From Octopus sinensis (Eukaryota): a stretch of 64,000 bases of DNA. The notes beneath the pieces are model-generated. The model worked only from the letters and a program-made list of their open reading frames with translations. It had not been told where the DNA came from and searched no databases. Location of the stretch: NCBI RefSeq assembly GCF_006345805.1, contig NC_043008.1:18972001-19036000 (forward strand). Direction: 5' to 3'. Positions 38,911 to 50,770 of the stretch are shown here, piece by piece (within the stretch, counting starts at the first letter, position 1; the number at the start of each line of letters is the position of its first letter). The position numbers were made by a program, and so were the translations under genes.

Positions 38911-39446
38911 GAAGTAAATATATGATACAACGAAGTACCGATATTACTGGAAAATAGCGAACGTATAAATACGACGCTAATGTATAGCTTCACCGCGTAT
39001 GTACTAGCAAAAATGCGTGTGTGCAACAAACTTGAAAAAAATTGTCTTACCTCCAGGGAGAACATCTGAAAGATGAAATACCTAGAAAGGGATAATGTGG
39101 TACCGGTTTCAGATTTTTCAAGATATGTCTGCACACATATACTTGATTTATCTTCATCAGCCAACATATACCTCGACAACATTTCAAATGTTGCCGCATC
39201 AATGCCAATACACTCGACTGAAACGCCAAAACTCTGACAGAACGAGAACAGTGAAGAAGTTTCAATAAAAATAGTAATGCAATACGAGAGTATTGCTTTC
39301 CAGTAAAGAATAGCCCGTGAGGGAAAATTATACATAGAAGTAAATATATGGTACAACGAAGTACCGATATTTGCTGGAAAATAGCGAACGTAATAAATAC
39401 GACGCTAATGTATAGCTTCACCGCGTATGTACTAGCAAAAATGCGT
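38904..39446 (-). mobile_element. Retrozyme/Penelope-like unit: about 1.27 tandem copies of a ~426-bp monomer with one hammerhead
   Basis: A ~115-bp block at 38904-39018 is repeated at 39330-39446 (period ~426). Hammerhead at 39098-39163; abuts (TA)n. Confidence 0.6.
39098..39163 (-). ncRNA. Type I hammerhead ribozyme motif (intact core)
   Basis: Minus strand: tgg-CTGATGA-AGAT...ATCT-GAAA-C(CG)G-TA|cca. Inner hairpin tcaag/cttga and atatgt/acatat; helix III is the palindrome ACCGGT. Confidence 0.8.
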
Positions 39447-40278
39447 CAGTAGTCTCTGCAGGGTTATCTCCCTTACACTACTGTATAACTCATGTGCACT
39501 ACGTCATCAAAATATAATTAAGTTTCTGTTATGGCACTCGTCTAAGTCTCTCTTTTTTAGAACGTAACATGGTGACAGCGATGGGATTACAAGTGGCCTA
39601 AGAAACCATTGCATGAACGAACGTCTACATCATTGTGATAATGGAAGTGGACTGTTCTTCGACAATGTTTTCTCGTCAAAACAAAAGTGTTATTTGAACG
39701 ATGTGTGTTGTGGTAAAGGTTAGTGTTTTCAATAGCACCGTGACCTTGTGAACTGTTCGTGACATGGTGTTTGTCAAATAAGCGCCGCATATGTTGAACT
39801 AGCAGTATAGTCCGGCTTTGCTCGGGGTTAAGTTAGGATTATTAAGCTAATCAAGCCCTTTGTTTCAAACCAAACTAAGTAACATCGACGTCAAATTTGA
39901 GCGAAATCCGTTGAAATTGGAAAAACTTTTGGCTGAAAATGAGTTGCAGACAATTTCTGTAATGGTGCTTGTCCAAGTCTCTCTTTTTAAGAACGTAACA
40001 AGCCACTCAGGGCCGAACACAGAGGGGATAATACAATATAGAACTTTTCTTTTCGAAAGAGAGAAAGAAAAAAAAAGAAAAACATGATCAAAAGGGATCG
40101 AAAACGTTTGAGACGTGTAAACAGCAAAATAATGAGGAGTAAAAATGTAAAACAGATTAGGTTTATCTGTGGAAAGAAAAGCCTACGGAAACGACCACGG
40201 TAACCTCGGACAGGGAAAGAAACACATGAGAGCAAAGCGCTCTCTCTCTCTCTCTCTCAATATATATATATATATATA

Positions 40279-40312
<34 letters not shown>

Positions 40313-40319
<7 letters not shown>

Positions 40320-40625
40320 AACAGTATCATGCTCAAAGTGGTTTCGTCATTCACGCGAACCATCTTTGCTACATTCACCCACCTTTTATTGAAGCTTTCA
40401 TGAGACATAATTTCCCACTCTATTCTCACCTTCCTTTTCAAGTGGTACTTGAAAAAGGTGATGAGTGATTGGCCAGAGAGGAAAGTTTTTGTCTTTAAAC
40501 CTTTCGCTCGAGTCCACCACACACATTCTTTCACCATGGCCACCTGTACAATGAAAACTACCTTGCCTTCCCGGTTAAAGGAAGGTGGCGGGGCAAAATT
40601 CACGATACACTTGACCGATAACTGA
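40313..40625 (-). mobile_element. L1/Tx1-like LINE fragment
   Basis: IVNFAPPPSFNREGKVVFIVQVAMVKECVWWTRAKGLKTKTFLSGQSLITFFKYHLKRKVR; same family as 33850-34420. Confidence 0.65.
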
Positions 40626-40664
40626 ATTTGTCCTATATATATACATATATATATAAGTGAATAT

Positions 40665-40711
<47 letters not shown>

Positions 40712-40737
40712 ATATATATATATATATATAGTATATG

Positions 40738-40788
<51 letters not shown>

Positions 40789-40929
40789 ACAATGCAGTAA
40801 GTATCAAACTTAGAGCAAGTGCTGGTGGGGAGAGGCTTTCGATTAAAACCCCTCAAAGCAGTGCCCCAGCATGGCCAGAATCCAGTGACTGAAACAAGTA
40901 AGGGATAATGGATAAAAGATATGTATTAC

Positions 40930-40968
40930 CTGCTTCCAGACACTCTTTCTTCAAACACTGGTCACCAC
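40930..40968 (-). CDS. M13 peptidase 39-nt exon with the C-x4-C motif
   Basis: Acceptor tttaatatttcAG, donor GTaata, phase 1/1. Encodes (G)GDQCLKKECLEA(A), matching the small conserved C..eC..aA exon of neprilysins. Confidence 0.8.
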
Positions 40969-40989
40969 CTGAAATATTAAAATAGGGTG

Positions 40990-41077
<88 letters not shown>

Positions 41078-41297
41078 TTCTTTATTGCACACAGGGGGCT
41101 AAACATAGAGGGGACAAACAAGAGGATTAAGTCGATTATATCGACCCCAGTGCGTAACTGGTACTTAATTTACTGACCCCGAAAGGATGAAAGGCAAAGT
41201 CGACCTCGGCGGAATTTGAACTCAGAACGTAGCGGCAGACGAAATACCGCTAGGCATTTCGCCCGGCGTGCTAACGTTTCTGCCAGCTCGCCGCCTT
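41078..41297 (-). mobile_element. SINE S1 with its tail in (GATA)n
   Basis: Full head-to-tail match to 1980-2209, in reverse. Confidence 0.85.
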
Positions 41298-42477
41298 CTA
41301 GGTAGATAGATATGATGTTATGGTAAGTCATACGACACAATGGATCTGAAGCTTTTACTGAATATTGTATGTATGAGCAGATAGAAGCAAATTGTTTCTG
41401 TATGCAATATATTTTAAGAAAGAGATTAGTTTCATTGTTATGTTGCATACATGCAGCTATATACGTATGTGCTTGATTCCATGTTACCAGTAGCACGCAC
41501 GAGAGACCTCACAAGTAACCCGATTATACAACCTATTGCATGGTCGAGTCGTCGGTGACTAAACCCCCACCCACCACCACCACTAGGCTTATCTGATGAA
41601 TAGTGTTCCTAGAAACCAAGCAGCACCAAAAGCAAGTCTTGTCAAAGGACGGATGAACTTAGTGTAAGTTCAACGACCATATAGAAATAGCACGGAGCCC
41701 TCAAAAATTCCGAGTTGATGTCCGGCGTGCCGGAAGACTCCTGGTAGTAAGGTACATCCTTAGCTTTTGTTAAAGCATGTCTCCAGACGGTCACACTGAT
41801 ATAAAAGCTGATATGCAGGGAATAGCATTGGGCATTTTGGGGTTCTTTTGATTGCGCTTGAGATCATGGTGCCCCCACATATCTGGGACGGCGACCCATA
41901 TTGGCACTGGATATCTTACCCTGGCTTGTCTCTGGATCTTATCAGTAGGGTGGAGAGGGGCTGAGAGGGGCTGTGCAAGCCTTATTGGACCTATAACTTG
42001 AGGGTATGCAATTGCCGGCGAGACGATTGCACATTTTACAATTTCAGTTTACCTAGTCGACTACACCTTAGAGAGTTTAATCAAAAAGGTTACCCTATTG
42101 GATTAATTTACTTGCCTTACTACCTTTTACCAAATTGATACACCTGACTAACTTACCCAAGTCATACTTGCTCCCCTACTCTTCTTGGGTGACTAACAGC
42201 TAGATAAACATCCTGAGTGCTCTTGTCCACTTCTCAAATAACACTGTAACAATAGACTTTTTTTTGTCTCTGGTCAGTATTATTTCCTATTTGCTACTAT
42301 CTAGAACCCAAAGGAAATGACCTCTATTCCCTTCAATCTTTGCTCTTGTGACCTGGACATCAGTGTTTTGAAACTGACCTATTTTCCATTACATTTCAGA
42401 CAAATCTAGCACTGAGTTGCTGAGGCAGAAATATCGTTATAAGAAATAGTCTGCGCAATACCACAGATTTGCTTGTT

Positions 42478-43150
42478 TTCAGCTCTACAACAATGTCCAG
42501 CAAACTGGACTCTCCAACCTTTCACAAGAGATAACACAGGTGGTAGTTTCCCATATATTTGCATTTTGGTTGGATGACGCTTCCACGAGAGATTTTGAGC
42601 TCTCATAAGGAGGCGAGTGTAGGTTCCATCCAACCGCCTCTCAAGCTTCTTTGATAACGTCCAGGTTTCTGAGCCATATAGTAGAATTGGTTCGACTGTG
42701 GCTTTGAAGATTTCAGGTTTGAAGTCTCTACTTAGATTTGATGACCAGATCTTATGCATGTCATTACAGGCTGACCAGGCCATACCCTTTCTAGTTAGAA
42801 AATCTTTTCCAGATGATGATATGTATGATCCAAGATATTTGTAATCAGAAACCACATTTAAGGGCGTATTGTTGAGAGTATGGATGATGCAATCACTGTT
42901 GGACAGGCACTTGTTTATATATTCAGTATTGGCCTCATTGAGTATGAAAAATAGCTAATTTCTACTCTTCTCCTCTGGAAGCCATCTACTCGCAATACCA
43001 GAGGGCGCACACTCTCCTACCCTGATATAATCTCCAGGGATACAGGCATCCAGCAACAGGACCTCCGTAATGCTGTGATGGATCGTGAAGTCTGGCGTAG
43101 CATGGTAAATTCCATTGTCTCGACCACGGTCGAACAATGATGATGATGAT
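42478..43150 (+). mobile_element. RTE-type LINE insertion with a 5' inversion, TSD agatttgctt
   Basis: 42478-42950 encodes RT C-terminal residues (DYKYLGSYISSS...LLYGSETW...FAGHCCRAE) on the minus strand. 42955-43140 continues in sense (ISTLLLWKP...DREVWRSMV...EQ*) with a (TGA)n tail. agatttgctt flanks both ends inside an older repeat. Confidence 0.85.
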
Positions 43151-43881
43151 AGATTTGCTTATCAGTTTCTTGACGTCAAGCACTTGAGCATGTCCTTTAG
43201 TAACTGACAATATGTGCATCTCTGATCATGAGCAGGCGTAGTTGGGGATCATCACAGCCATGTGTTGAGAAGGATTTTTGCGGGGTTGAATAAATATAAC
43301 AAAAGCAAAGATTGAAGGAAATATTAGCTATTTTTGATACTTTCTAGGGGTAAACAAATAAGAAATATTAACGGTGTTACACAGTATTATTCTTCAGTTA
43401 AATACCCAGCCGTTAAACAACTGACCATCATCAAATACCACAGTGACAAAATAATTGTCTCTTTTAAGATTTGTCGGTTTTAAACTAAATCAGGGATCGG
43501 CGAACCGCGGGTAAGATAAAATTCTTGTGGTTAATGAGGACTCATTAGACATATTTGAAATTATATTTTAAAAAATCCTACTCCTTTTTGCAGCAGAAAT
43601 TTTTATTCTGGCAACACTGCATCTGTCCAATGTAATGATCGTATAAATATATTCCTATAAATAGATTCAATAAAATAGATTGAAAAACCCTTTTGAATTC
43701 AAAGAATCTTATAATTAATTTTCTTCCTTTCAAATCAAAGTCGGTGTAAATAAATATATTTTGGGTTAATTGATTAGAAATGTTTCCCGACCCCTGACCT
43801 AAATGAAGGTTCGTGGTTGCTTGGTCATGGAAGTTCAGTTACAAATAAAGAAAGCGAAGAAACGAAAGTATAACATTGTAC

Positions 43882-43991
43882 CTGCGCAGGTTTTGTCATT
43901 TTCCTTGCTTTTGACTAAACAGATTGCAATTATTAAGCTCGTCGATAAAATTCCCAATACGATCGTCAGGAAAAGGTAATGTTTCTTGGTA
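43882..43991 (-). CDS. M13 (neprilysin/ECE-like) peptidase exon: end of cytoplasmic tail plus type II signal-anchor TM helix
   Basis: Acceptor ctattttcAG, donor GTacaa, phase 2/1. Encodes TKKHYLFLTIVLGILSTSLIIAICLVKSKENDKTCA and splices in frame to the 40930-40968 exon. Confidence 0.7.
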
Positions 43992-44069
43992 CTGAAAATA
44001 GATGATACACAAATTTTCCACAAATTATGAATATATAATATATATATAATATATATATAATATATATTA

Positions 44070-44108
<39 letters not shown>

Positions 44109-44160
44109 TAAAGGAGAACGAAATGTACGTTACGCTCGCAAAATATATGTATAAAATATA

Positions 44161-44348
44161 TATAAAAATACCAAAATGGGACAAGAAGGCAAATCACTCA
44201 AATAGACGACACAAAAAAACGGATTAATCAGCCGAAATTGCGAGGATGATCCGGTTCTTGACTGAAGATTAGAGGCTTCGAATGACCTGTCCGTTTTTTG
44301 TGTCGTCTATTTGAGTATTTTGCGTTCTTGTCCCATTTTGTATTTATA
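44161..44348. mobile_element. Hairpin Penelope-end-like element (~60-bp arms), same family as 17506-17987
   Basis: 44161-44223 mirrors 44290-44347. The spacer cagccgaaattgc...ctgaagattagaggcttcgaatgacc resembles 17830-17890. Confidence 0.65.
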
Positions 44349-44364
44349 TATATATTTTTTATAC

Positions 44365-44395
<31 letters not shown>

Positions 44396-44938
44396 AATTA
44401 AATTAGAGATAAAACCACTATTAGGCAAATCAAACAGTGATAGACATAAACTAAAACATAAAAATAAAAATAATTAATATAATATACAAAATATATAAAA
44501 TATAAAATTAAAAATTTAAATTATTTAAATTTAAAATTAAAATTATTAATTTATATTTATAATTTTATATTATTTATTTTTTTATTTTTTTATTTATTTT
44601 TATTTTTTTATATTAAATATATATAACTATCAAAAAGTATTAAAAAGTTTAATATAAGACAAAAATTATATATATATATATAAGCAAAGACAAACATATC
44701 AGAAGTAAATAGACACCCTTATAATCACTAAAATTGATTTAAATCTGAAATTATAAATTGAAATTATTTATTAATTGTTATAATGTGAATATTTAATATT
44801 TAGTAGACATGTCGTTTGCATTTTTCAATGCAAGGACCCTATTAGGCATTTTATTGATCAGATGACGAATATTCTCTTGCAGAATTTCTTGCCAAGTTTC
44901 ATGCAGTAATCTCAAAAGGTCTGGCTTTGATATGTTAC

Positions 44939-44986
44939 TCGCGTTCCCATGAATGCATTGAGAAGTTTCTCTATTTCATCCTGCTC
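44939..44986 (-). CDS. Possible upstream/start exon of the M13 gene (ATG at 44958, MHSWER(D))
   Basis: Acceptor gttgttttacAG and weak donor GTaaca. The phase-2 end fits the TM exon. There is no homology support, so this is speculative. Confidence 0.2.
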
Positions 44987-45024
44987 CTGTAAAACAACTT
45001 CTGTCGTACTGTTCATATACAGTT

Positions 45025-45336
45025 GCATTGTGAGGTCGCGTGGCTTAGTGGGTAGGGGCATTCGGCTCTCGATCGTAAGGTTGTGAGTTCGATTCCCGGC
45101 GACGCGTTGTGTCCTTGAGCAAGACACTTTATTTCGCGTTGCTCCAGTCCACTCAGCTTGCAAAAATGAGTTGTACCTGTATTTCAAAGAGCCAGCCTTG
45201 TCACATTCTGTGTCACGCTGAATATCCTTGCGAACTACGTTAAGGGTACACGTGTCTGTGGAATGCTCAGCCACTTGCACGTTAATATTCCCGAGCAAGC
45301 TCTTCGGTTGATCGTCGTCGTAACCGACGGAGTGCA
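45025..45336 (+). mobile_element. SINE S3
   Basis: gcgtggcttagtgggtagg...gagttcgattcccggc...gtccttgagcaagacacttta...cgtaaccgacggagtgc. Confidence 0.82.
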
Positions 45337-45439
45337 AGAAAAGAAAATTTCACTTGCATCATTTGATCATATTTCAGCAGGGTATCTACCGATCTTCTGT
45401 CGGATTTGTCCTTCGGGAGGTGTTTTTTTTTCTTTTATT

Positions 45440-45678
45440 CTTTTACTTGTTTTAGTCAGTTGTCTGTGCCCATGTTGGAGCAACGCCTTTAGTCGAACAA
45501 ATCGACGACAGGACTTATTCTTTGTAAGCATAGTACTTATCATATCGGTCTCTATTGCCAAACCGCTAAGTTACGGGGACGAAACACACCAACATCGATT
45601 GTTAAGCTATTGTAGAGGACAAACACAGACACACAACTACACACACACACGCACACACACACACATACACACATTATA

Positions 45679-45740
<62 letters not shown>

Positions 45741-45850
45741 TACGACGAGCTTCTTTCAGTTTCCGTCTACAAATCCACTCACAAGGCTTTGGTCGGCCCG
45801 AGGCTATAGTAAAAGACATTTGCACAAGATGCCACGCAGTGGGACTGAAC
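45440..45850 (-). mobile_element. SINE S2, head-truncated
   Basis: Matches 37400-37830; the end is replaced by a hammerhead-bearing repeat at 45860. Confidence 0.8.
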
Positions 45851-45890
45851 CCACTTTCGCTTTCCTTTTTTCTTGGACTTCTTTCTTCTG

Positions 45891-45925
45891 GCTCCTGAAG
45901 AAGAGCTTTGCTCGAAACATAAAAC
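45891..45925 (+). ncRNA. Minimal hammerhead-like motif, degenerate at helix III and stem I
   Basis: CTGAAGA-A-GAGC(ttt)GCTC-GAAA-CATA-aaac. The related copy at 17293-17326 has GAAACGTAAAAC. Confidence 0.45.
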
Positions 45926-46027
45926 ACCCTTTCTTTCCTTCTCTGAACGTCTTATTAATACTTTGCATGTCTCACTTCCCCACGTTGTTGTTTTTTCTTG
46001 TTCTTTTTTCTCCGTTTTATTAATTAT

Positions 46028-46080
<53 letters not shown>

Positions 46081-46136
46081 TAGAAATATTGAATTTCTAA
46101 ATGTCTCAACGAGACATGAGCGGTGGTGGAACGATG

Positions 46137-46475
46137 AGTGGTTGTATTAAGTCAACATAACGTGACAGTCCCGTAAAGGGAATTACACCGCCGCTGTTTA
46201 GCCCTAGGAAGCATCGACGCTTCCTGTCGACGTTGACACATTTGCTGTCTCCTTATATTTGCAAAGGGGAGGCAAGCACCCCCACCAGCTAGAACTAGCA
46301 ACCTGGAGACATGCATGTTTCTGGGTCTTGCCCGTCGTCAGTCAAGTCCCTTTGCAAATATAAGAACACAGCAAATGTGGCAAAGCCGACAGGAAGCGTC
46401 GATGCTTCCTTGGGCTATGTGGCGGTGGTGTAATTCCCTCTACGGGACTGTCACGTTATGTTGACTTTATACAAC

Positions 46476-46479
<4 letters not shown>
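46137..46479. mobile_element. Foldback element (~130-bp inverted arms, ~80-bp spacer containing a hammerhead)
   Basis: 46137-46268 is the reverse complement of 46348-46479, with several mismatches. Followed by (TA)n. Confidence 0.75.
46303..46346 (-). ncRNA. Degenerate hammerhead motif in the spacer of a foldback element
   Basis: Minus strand: cttga-CTGACGA-CGGG(caaga)CCCA-GAAA-C(ATGCAT)G-TC|tccag. Perfect palindromic helix III ACATGCATGT; one mismatch each in stems I and II. Confidence 0.6.
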
Positions 46480-46550
<71 letters not shown>

Positions 46551-47045
46551 TATATATAAATTTAAGGAAAACAAACCCCAAAGTTAGACATCTCAAGTTA
46601 TATGTTATTATAATTCCATAGTTCCATAACTCCTGTCTCGGTTACAAGCTTGGAACCCTGGTAACCCGTTACAGTACTTACCCAGCATACCTATCCGTTT
46701 AGATCACCTGTCTCCTAAACCCCTATATTTTATATTATATATATATATATAAATTTGACATGGGCGATTCTTGCTTATCTTGGGATTCACGGTCAAACGG
46801 CTGGGTGGAATTGCGCGAAAAATTACACATGTATAGAATGATCCAGTGATGATGCTGGGCTTTGTATTTTTTCATAGCTCCCATGGTTACAGATATAATC
46901 TACTATAATAATACTCTTGTGTTTATGAATGAGAAAGGAAGGAGTGATAGATGAATAAGGAAGGGTGTTTCAGTGGGTTTGCGTCTTTGTTCGCTTAGTA
47001 TTTGGGTTTTTCTGATTTTATATATATATGTATATATATATATAT

Positions 47046-47096
<51 letters not shown>

Positions 47097-47099
<3 letters not shown>

Positions 47100-47900
47100 C
47101 ACAGATTACAAGAGGTGGAGAAGTTTACCCATCTGGGCTCTACCGTCACCTACAACCTATCCCTTGACGCTGAGCTCAATATACGCATTGGCAAGGCAGC
47201 TGCTGCGATGGCCCAACTCTCCAAACGGGCTTGGGACAACAATAAGCTGACCAAGACCACGAAAATGAAGATCTACCAGGCATGTGTACTCAGCACTCTA
47301 CTGTATGGAAGTGAGACCTGGACGCTATACACACGCCAAGAGCGTCGCCTAAACATCTTTCACCTGCGCTGCCTCCGAAAAATCCTCCGCATCAAATGGC
47401 AGAATCATATCCCCAACAAAGATGTCCTCAGGCAAGCAGGAATACCAAGCATGTTTGCACTCCTCACACAAAGACGTATGAGATGGCTTGGGCATGTTAG
47501 CCGTATGAAAGATGGCAGAATCCCCAAGGACATACTCTACGGAGAGCTTGCTAGGGGTACTAGGTCTGTGGAAGGCCTGCAACATCAATATTAGCGGTTG
47601 GGAGGCAGTTGCCGGCAACCGTGGAGAATGGCGACGTACCGTAAAAGAGGGAATACAAAGGAGTGACAGAGAGAGAGGAGAAATGGAAAGAAAGGAAGGG
47701 ACGTAAACAAGAGACTATGGCACTACAACCAGCCAGGAATAGTCTTCGCTACATTTGCGGTACCTGCCAGAGGGAGTGTTTGTCCAGGATAGGACTACAC
47801 AGCCACAGCAGGAAATGTATCAGGACATGAAATATAAAAGCCGGACTAGACTACTTTATGCGCAACTCCATTGTCTCCCGAGACAGAAAGGATGCCAATA
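47097..47900 (+). mobile_element. RTE-clade LINE 3' fragment
   Basis: EVEKFTHLGS, LLYGSETWTLY, RWLGHVSRMKDGRIPKDILYGEL, a C-terminal Cys/His motif, a short internal deletion, and a 3' end ...gagacagaaaggatgcc. Confidence 0.88.
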
Positions 47901-47902
47901 CA

Positions 47903-47967
<65 letters not shown>

Positions 47968-47968
<1 letters not shown>

Positions 47969-48465
47969 ATACGAGGTGGTATGAAAAGGTTCCCGTACTA
48001 GCCATTTTCAATAAAAAAAATATCATATTTGTCTAAGATGTAACATCATCTCCTTCGAAATGGTCTCCTTGCACAGCAACACACCAGTCCCGGCGTTCCT
48101 GCCACTTGGAATCCGACCTGGAATTCGTTTTCCATGAGCAATTCAAGGACCTTCTGCGATTCGTTCTGGATCTAGACAACGGTGTTAAAATGGCGACCTT
48201 TGAGCTTCATTTTCATCTCGGGAAAGAGATGGAAGTTTGTAGGTGCTAAACCTGGCGAATAGGTGGATGCAGAAGCGATACCATGTTGTATCTGGTGTGA
48301 AACTTACGAATGAGGAGAGCTTGGTGACCGTGTGCATTGTCGTCGTGAAGAATACAGCTCTTCGCGCTCCGGTCACTTTCGCCGAATGTCCTCACTTAAA
48401 CGCTTCAAATAATCGCGATAGAACTCTCGATTGCCGGTTTCTCCTTGGGGACCGAATTGTCGAGC
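47968..48465 (-). mobile_element. Mariner transposon 3' remnant with one TIR
   Basis: TIR tacgaggtggtatgaaaagg at ~47970. Minus frames resemble HPPYSPDL..FP.MKMKLKGRHF...WQERRDWCVAVQGDHFEGD. Interrupted by a SINE at 48470. Confidence 0.75.
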
Positions 48466-48469
48466 AGGA

Positions 48470-48653
48470 GAGGCTGTGTGGCAAGTAGCTTGCTTACCAA
48501 CCACATGGTCCCGGGTTCAGTCCCACTGCGTGGTACCTTGGGCAAGTGTCTTCTATTATAGCCTCGGGACGACCAAAGCCATGCGAGTGGATTTGGCAGA
48601 CGGAAACTGGAAGTAGCCCGTCGTATATGTGTATACACACACGTACACACACA

Positions 48654-48741
<88 letters not shown>

Positions 48742-48953
48742 ATTGTGTGTCTGTTTGTCCCCCCAGCATCGCTTGACAACCGATGCTGGTATGATTACGT
48801 CCTCGTATCTTAGCGGTTCGGCAAAAGCGACCGATAGAATAAGTACTAGGCTTACAAAGAATAATTCCTAGGGTCGATTTGCTCGACTATAAAGGCTGTG
48901 CTCCAGCATGGCCGCAGTCAAATGACGGAAACAAGTAAAAGAGTAAAAGAGTA
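48470..48953 (+). mobile_element. SINE S2 full copy
   Basis: ggctgtgtggcaagtagcttgc...gaaacaagtaaaagagtaaaagag. Confidence 0.85.
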
Positions 48954-49216
48954 ATACTACATTTCCGGGGTTGACGTTCGTAGCAGGTCTTCTAAGTTCT
49001 AACTCAATATTTCGCGCTGGTTCTTCCTGTCCATGACAAAATCGCAAACTGCTGCATACACGTAATCACGAAAACATAAATTTCAAAAATTGCAAAGTAA
49101 ATACAGCGATGTCATTCAGTATACTGCCTCATGAAGGTCACTGCTACCTCTCGCTACACACGCAACCGTGTGCTGCCACCGGTTGGTGCGCTACAGAACT
49201 AGTCCTATGTATGTAT

Positions 49217-49459
49217 ACTCTTTACTCTTTTACTTGTTTTCAGTCATGTGACTGCGGCCATGCTGGAGCACACCGCCTCTAGTCGGTCAAATCGACTCCA
49301 GGACTTATTCTTTGTCAACTTAGTACTTATTCTATCGGCCTCTTTTGCCGAACCGCTAAGTTACGGGGACGTAAACACAACAGCATCGTTTGTCAAGCGA
49401 TGTTTTGGGGGACAAACACAGACACACAAACATATACACACACATACATATATATATAC

Positions 49460-49534
<75 letters not shown>

Positions 49535-49692
49535 AACGACGGTCTTCTTTCAGTTTCCGTCTACCAAATCCACTCACAAGGCCTTGGTAAGCCCGAGGCC
49601 ATAGTAGAAGACACTTGTCCAAGGTGCCACGCAGTGGGACTGAACCCGGATCCATGTAGTTCGTAAGCAAGCTACTTACCACACAGCCACTA
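49217..49692 (-). mobile_element. SINE S2 full copy
   Basis: Reverse complement of the 48470-48953 pattern. Confidence 0.85.
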
Positions 49693-49728
49693 TATAAATA
49701 TATACATATATATATCTATATATCTATA

Positions 49729-49767
<39 letters not shown>

Positions 49768-49802
49768 TATATATAATATTATATATATATATATATATAT
49801 AT

Positions 49803-49841
<39 letters not shown>

Positions 49842-49916
49842 TAGGGAATAAATCCAAACTTACAGGGAAAATTCAGATTAGGATTGAATCCAATTTTATA
49901 GTAAAATATTATATTA

Positions 49917-50335
49917 TAGGCGCAGGAGTGGCTGTTTGGTAAGTAGCTTGCTAACCAACCATATGGTTCCGGGTTCAGTCCCACTGCGTGGCATCTTGGG
50001 CACGTGTCTTCTGCTATAGCCCCGGGCCGACCAATACCTTGTAAGTGGATTTGGAAGACGGAAACTGGAAGAAGCCTGTCGTATATATGTATATATATAT
50101 AAGTGTGTGTGAATATGTTTGTGTGTCTGTGTTTGTTCCCCTAGCATTGCTTGACAACCGATGCTGGTGTGTTTACGTCCCCGTAACTTAGCGGTTCGGC
50201 AAAAGAGACCGATAGAATAAGTACTGGGCTTACAAAGAATAAGTCCCGGGGTCGATTTGCTCGACTAAAGGCGGTGCTCCAGCATGGCCGCAATCAAATG
50301 ACTGAAACAAGTAAAAAGAGTAAAGAGTAAAGAGT
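49917..50335 (+). mobile_element. SINE S2 full copy
   Basis: aggcgcaggagtggctg...gtaaaaagagtaaagagtaaagag. Confidence 0.88.
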
Positions 50336-50340
50336 TATAT

Positions 50341-50466
50341 TAAATTAGAGATAAAACCTCTATTAGGCAAATTGATTTATACTTAAATAATATAAATTAA
50401 TTAATCATATGTATTGGCTTAAGTTTTTCATTGTATGATTTGCCTAATAGAGGTTTTATTTCTAAT

Positions 50467-50468
<2 letters not shown>
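50341..50468. repeat. Small inverted repeat (~32-bp arms) of a repeat end also seen at 44398-44432
   Basis: taaattagagataaaacctctattaggcaaat mirrors atttgcctaatagaggttttatttctaattta. Confidence 0.65.
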
Positions 50469-50497
<29 letters not shown>

Positions 50498-50544
50498 CGT
50501 GTGTGTGTGTGTGTGTGTGTGTGTATGTTTGTGTCTGTTTCTTG

Positions 50545-50770
50545 TCGAGCCATGCTTCGCTCATAAGGGCCGGTTTCCCAGTTTCCTTGGCGTATAGGTT
50601 CCCCACCTGGACGGGACGCCGGTCCGTCGCAAGTGAGCTGCAAGATACAGGAGGAAAGAGTGAAAGAAAGTTGTGGCGAAAGAGTCAGCAGAATTTCGCC
50701 ATTACCTTCTGCCGGAGCCGCGTGGAGCTTAGGTGTTTCGCTCATGAACACACACATCGCCCAGTCTGAG
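50545..50770 (-). mobile_element. SINE S3-related variant fragment
   Basis: Shares gggccggtttcccagtttc with the tail of 62673-62916 and cttaggtgtttcgctca with 15375-15410. Confidence 0.55.

Noticed and set aside
39051-39065. 15-nt micro-exon (ttcAG...GTAAG) as the missing M13 exon
   Set aside because: It encodes no Cys, the true C-x4-C exon was found at 40930-40968, and the site lies inside the hammerhead-bearing repeat.
41590-41620. CTGATGA...GAAAC as a hammerhead
   Set aside because: Only a 3-bp stem II, and no helix III, NUH triplet or stem I follows.
41520-42400. 5' part of the inverted RTE element
   Set aside because: It lies outside the TSD that bounds the RTE insertion. It is probably a separate repeat, which I could not classify.
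44255-44292. CTGAAGA...CGAATGACCTGTC (also 17868-17892) as a hammerhead
   Set aside because: GAAU replaces GAAA, and there are no convincing stems I or II.
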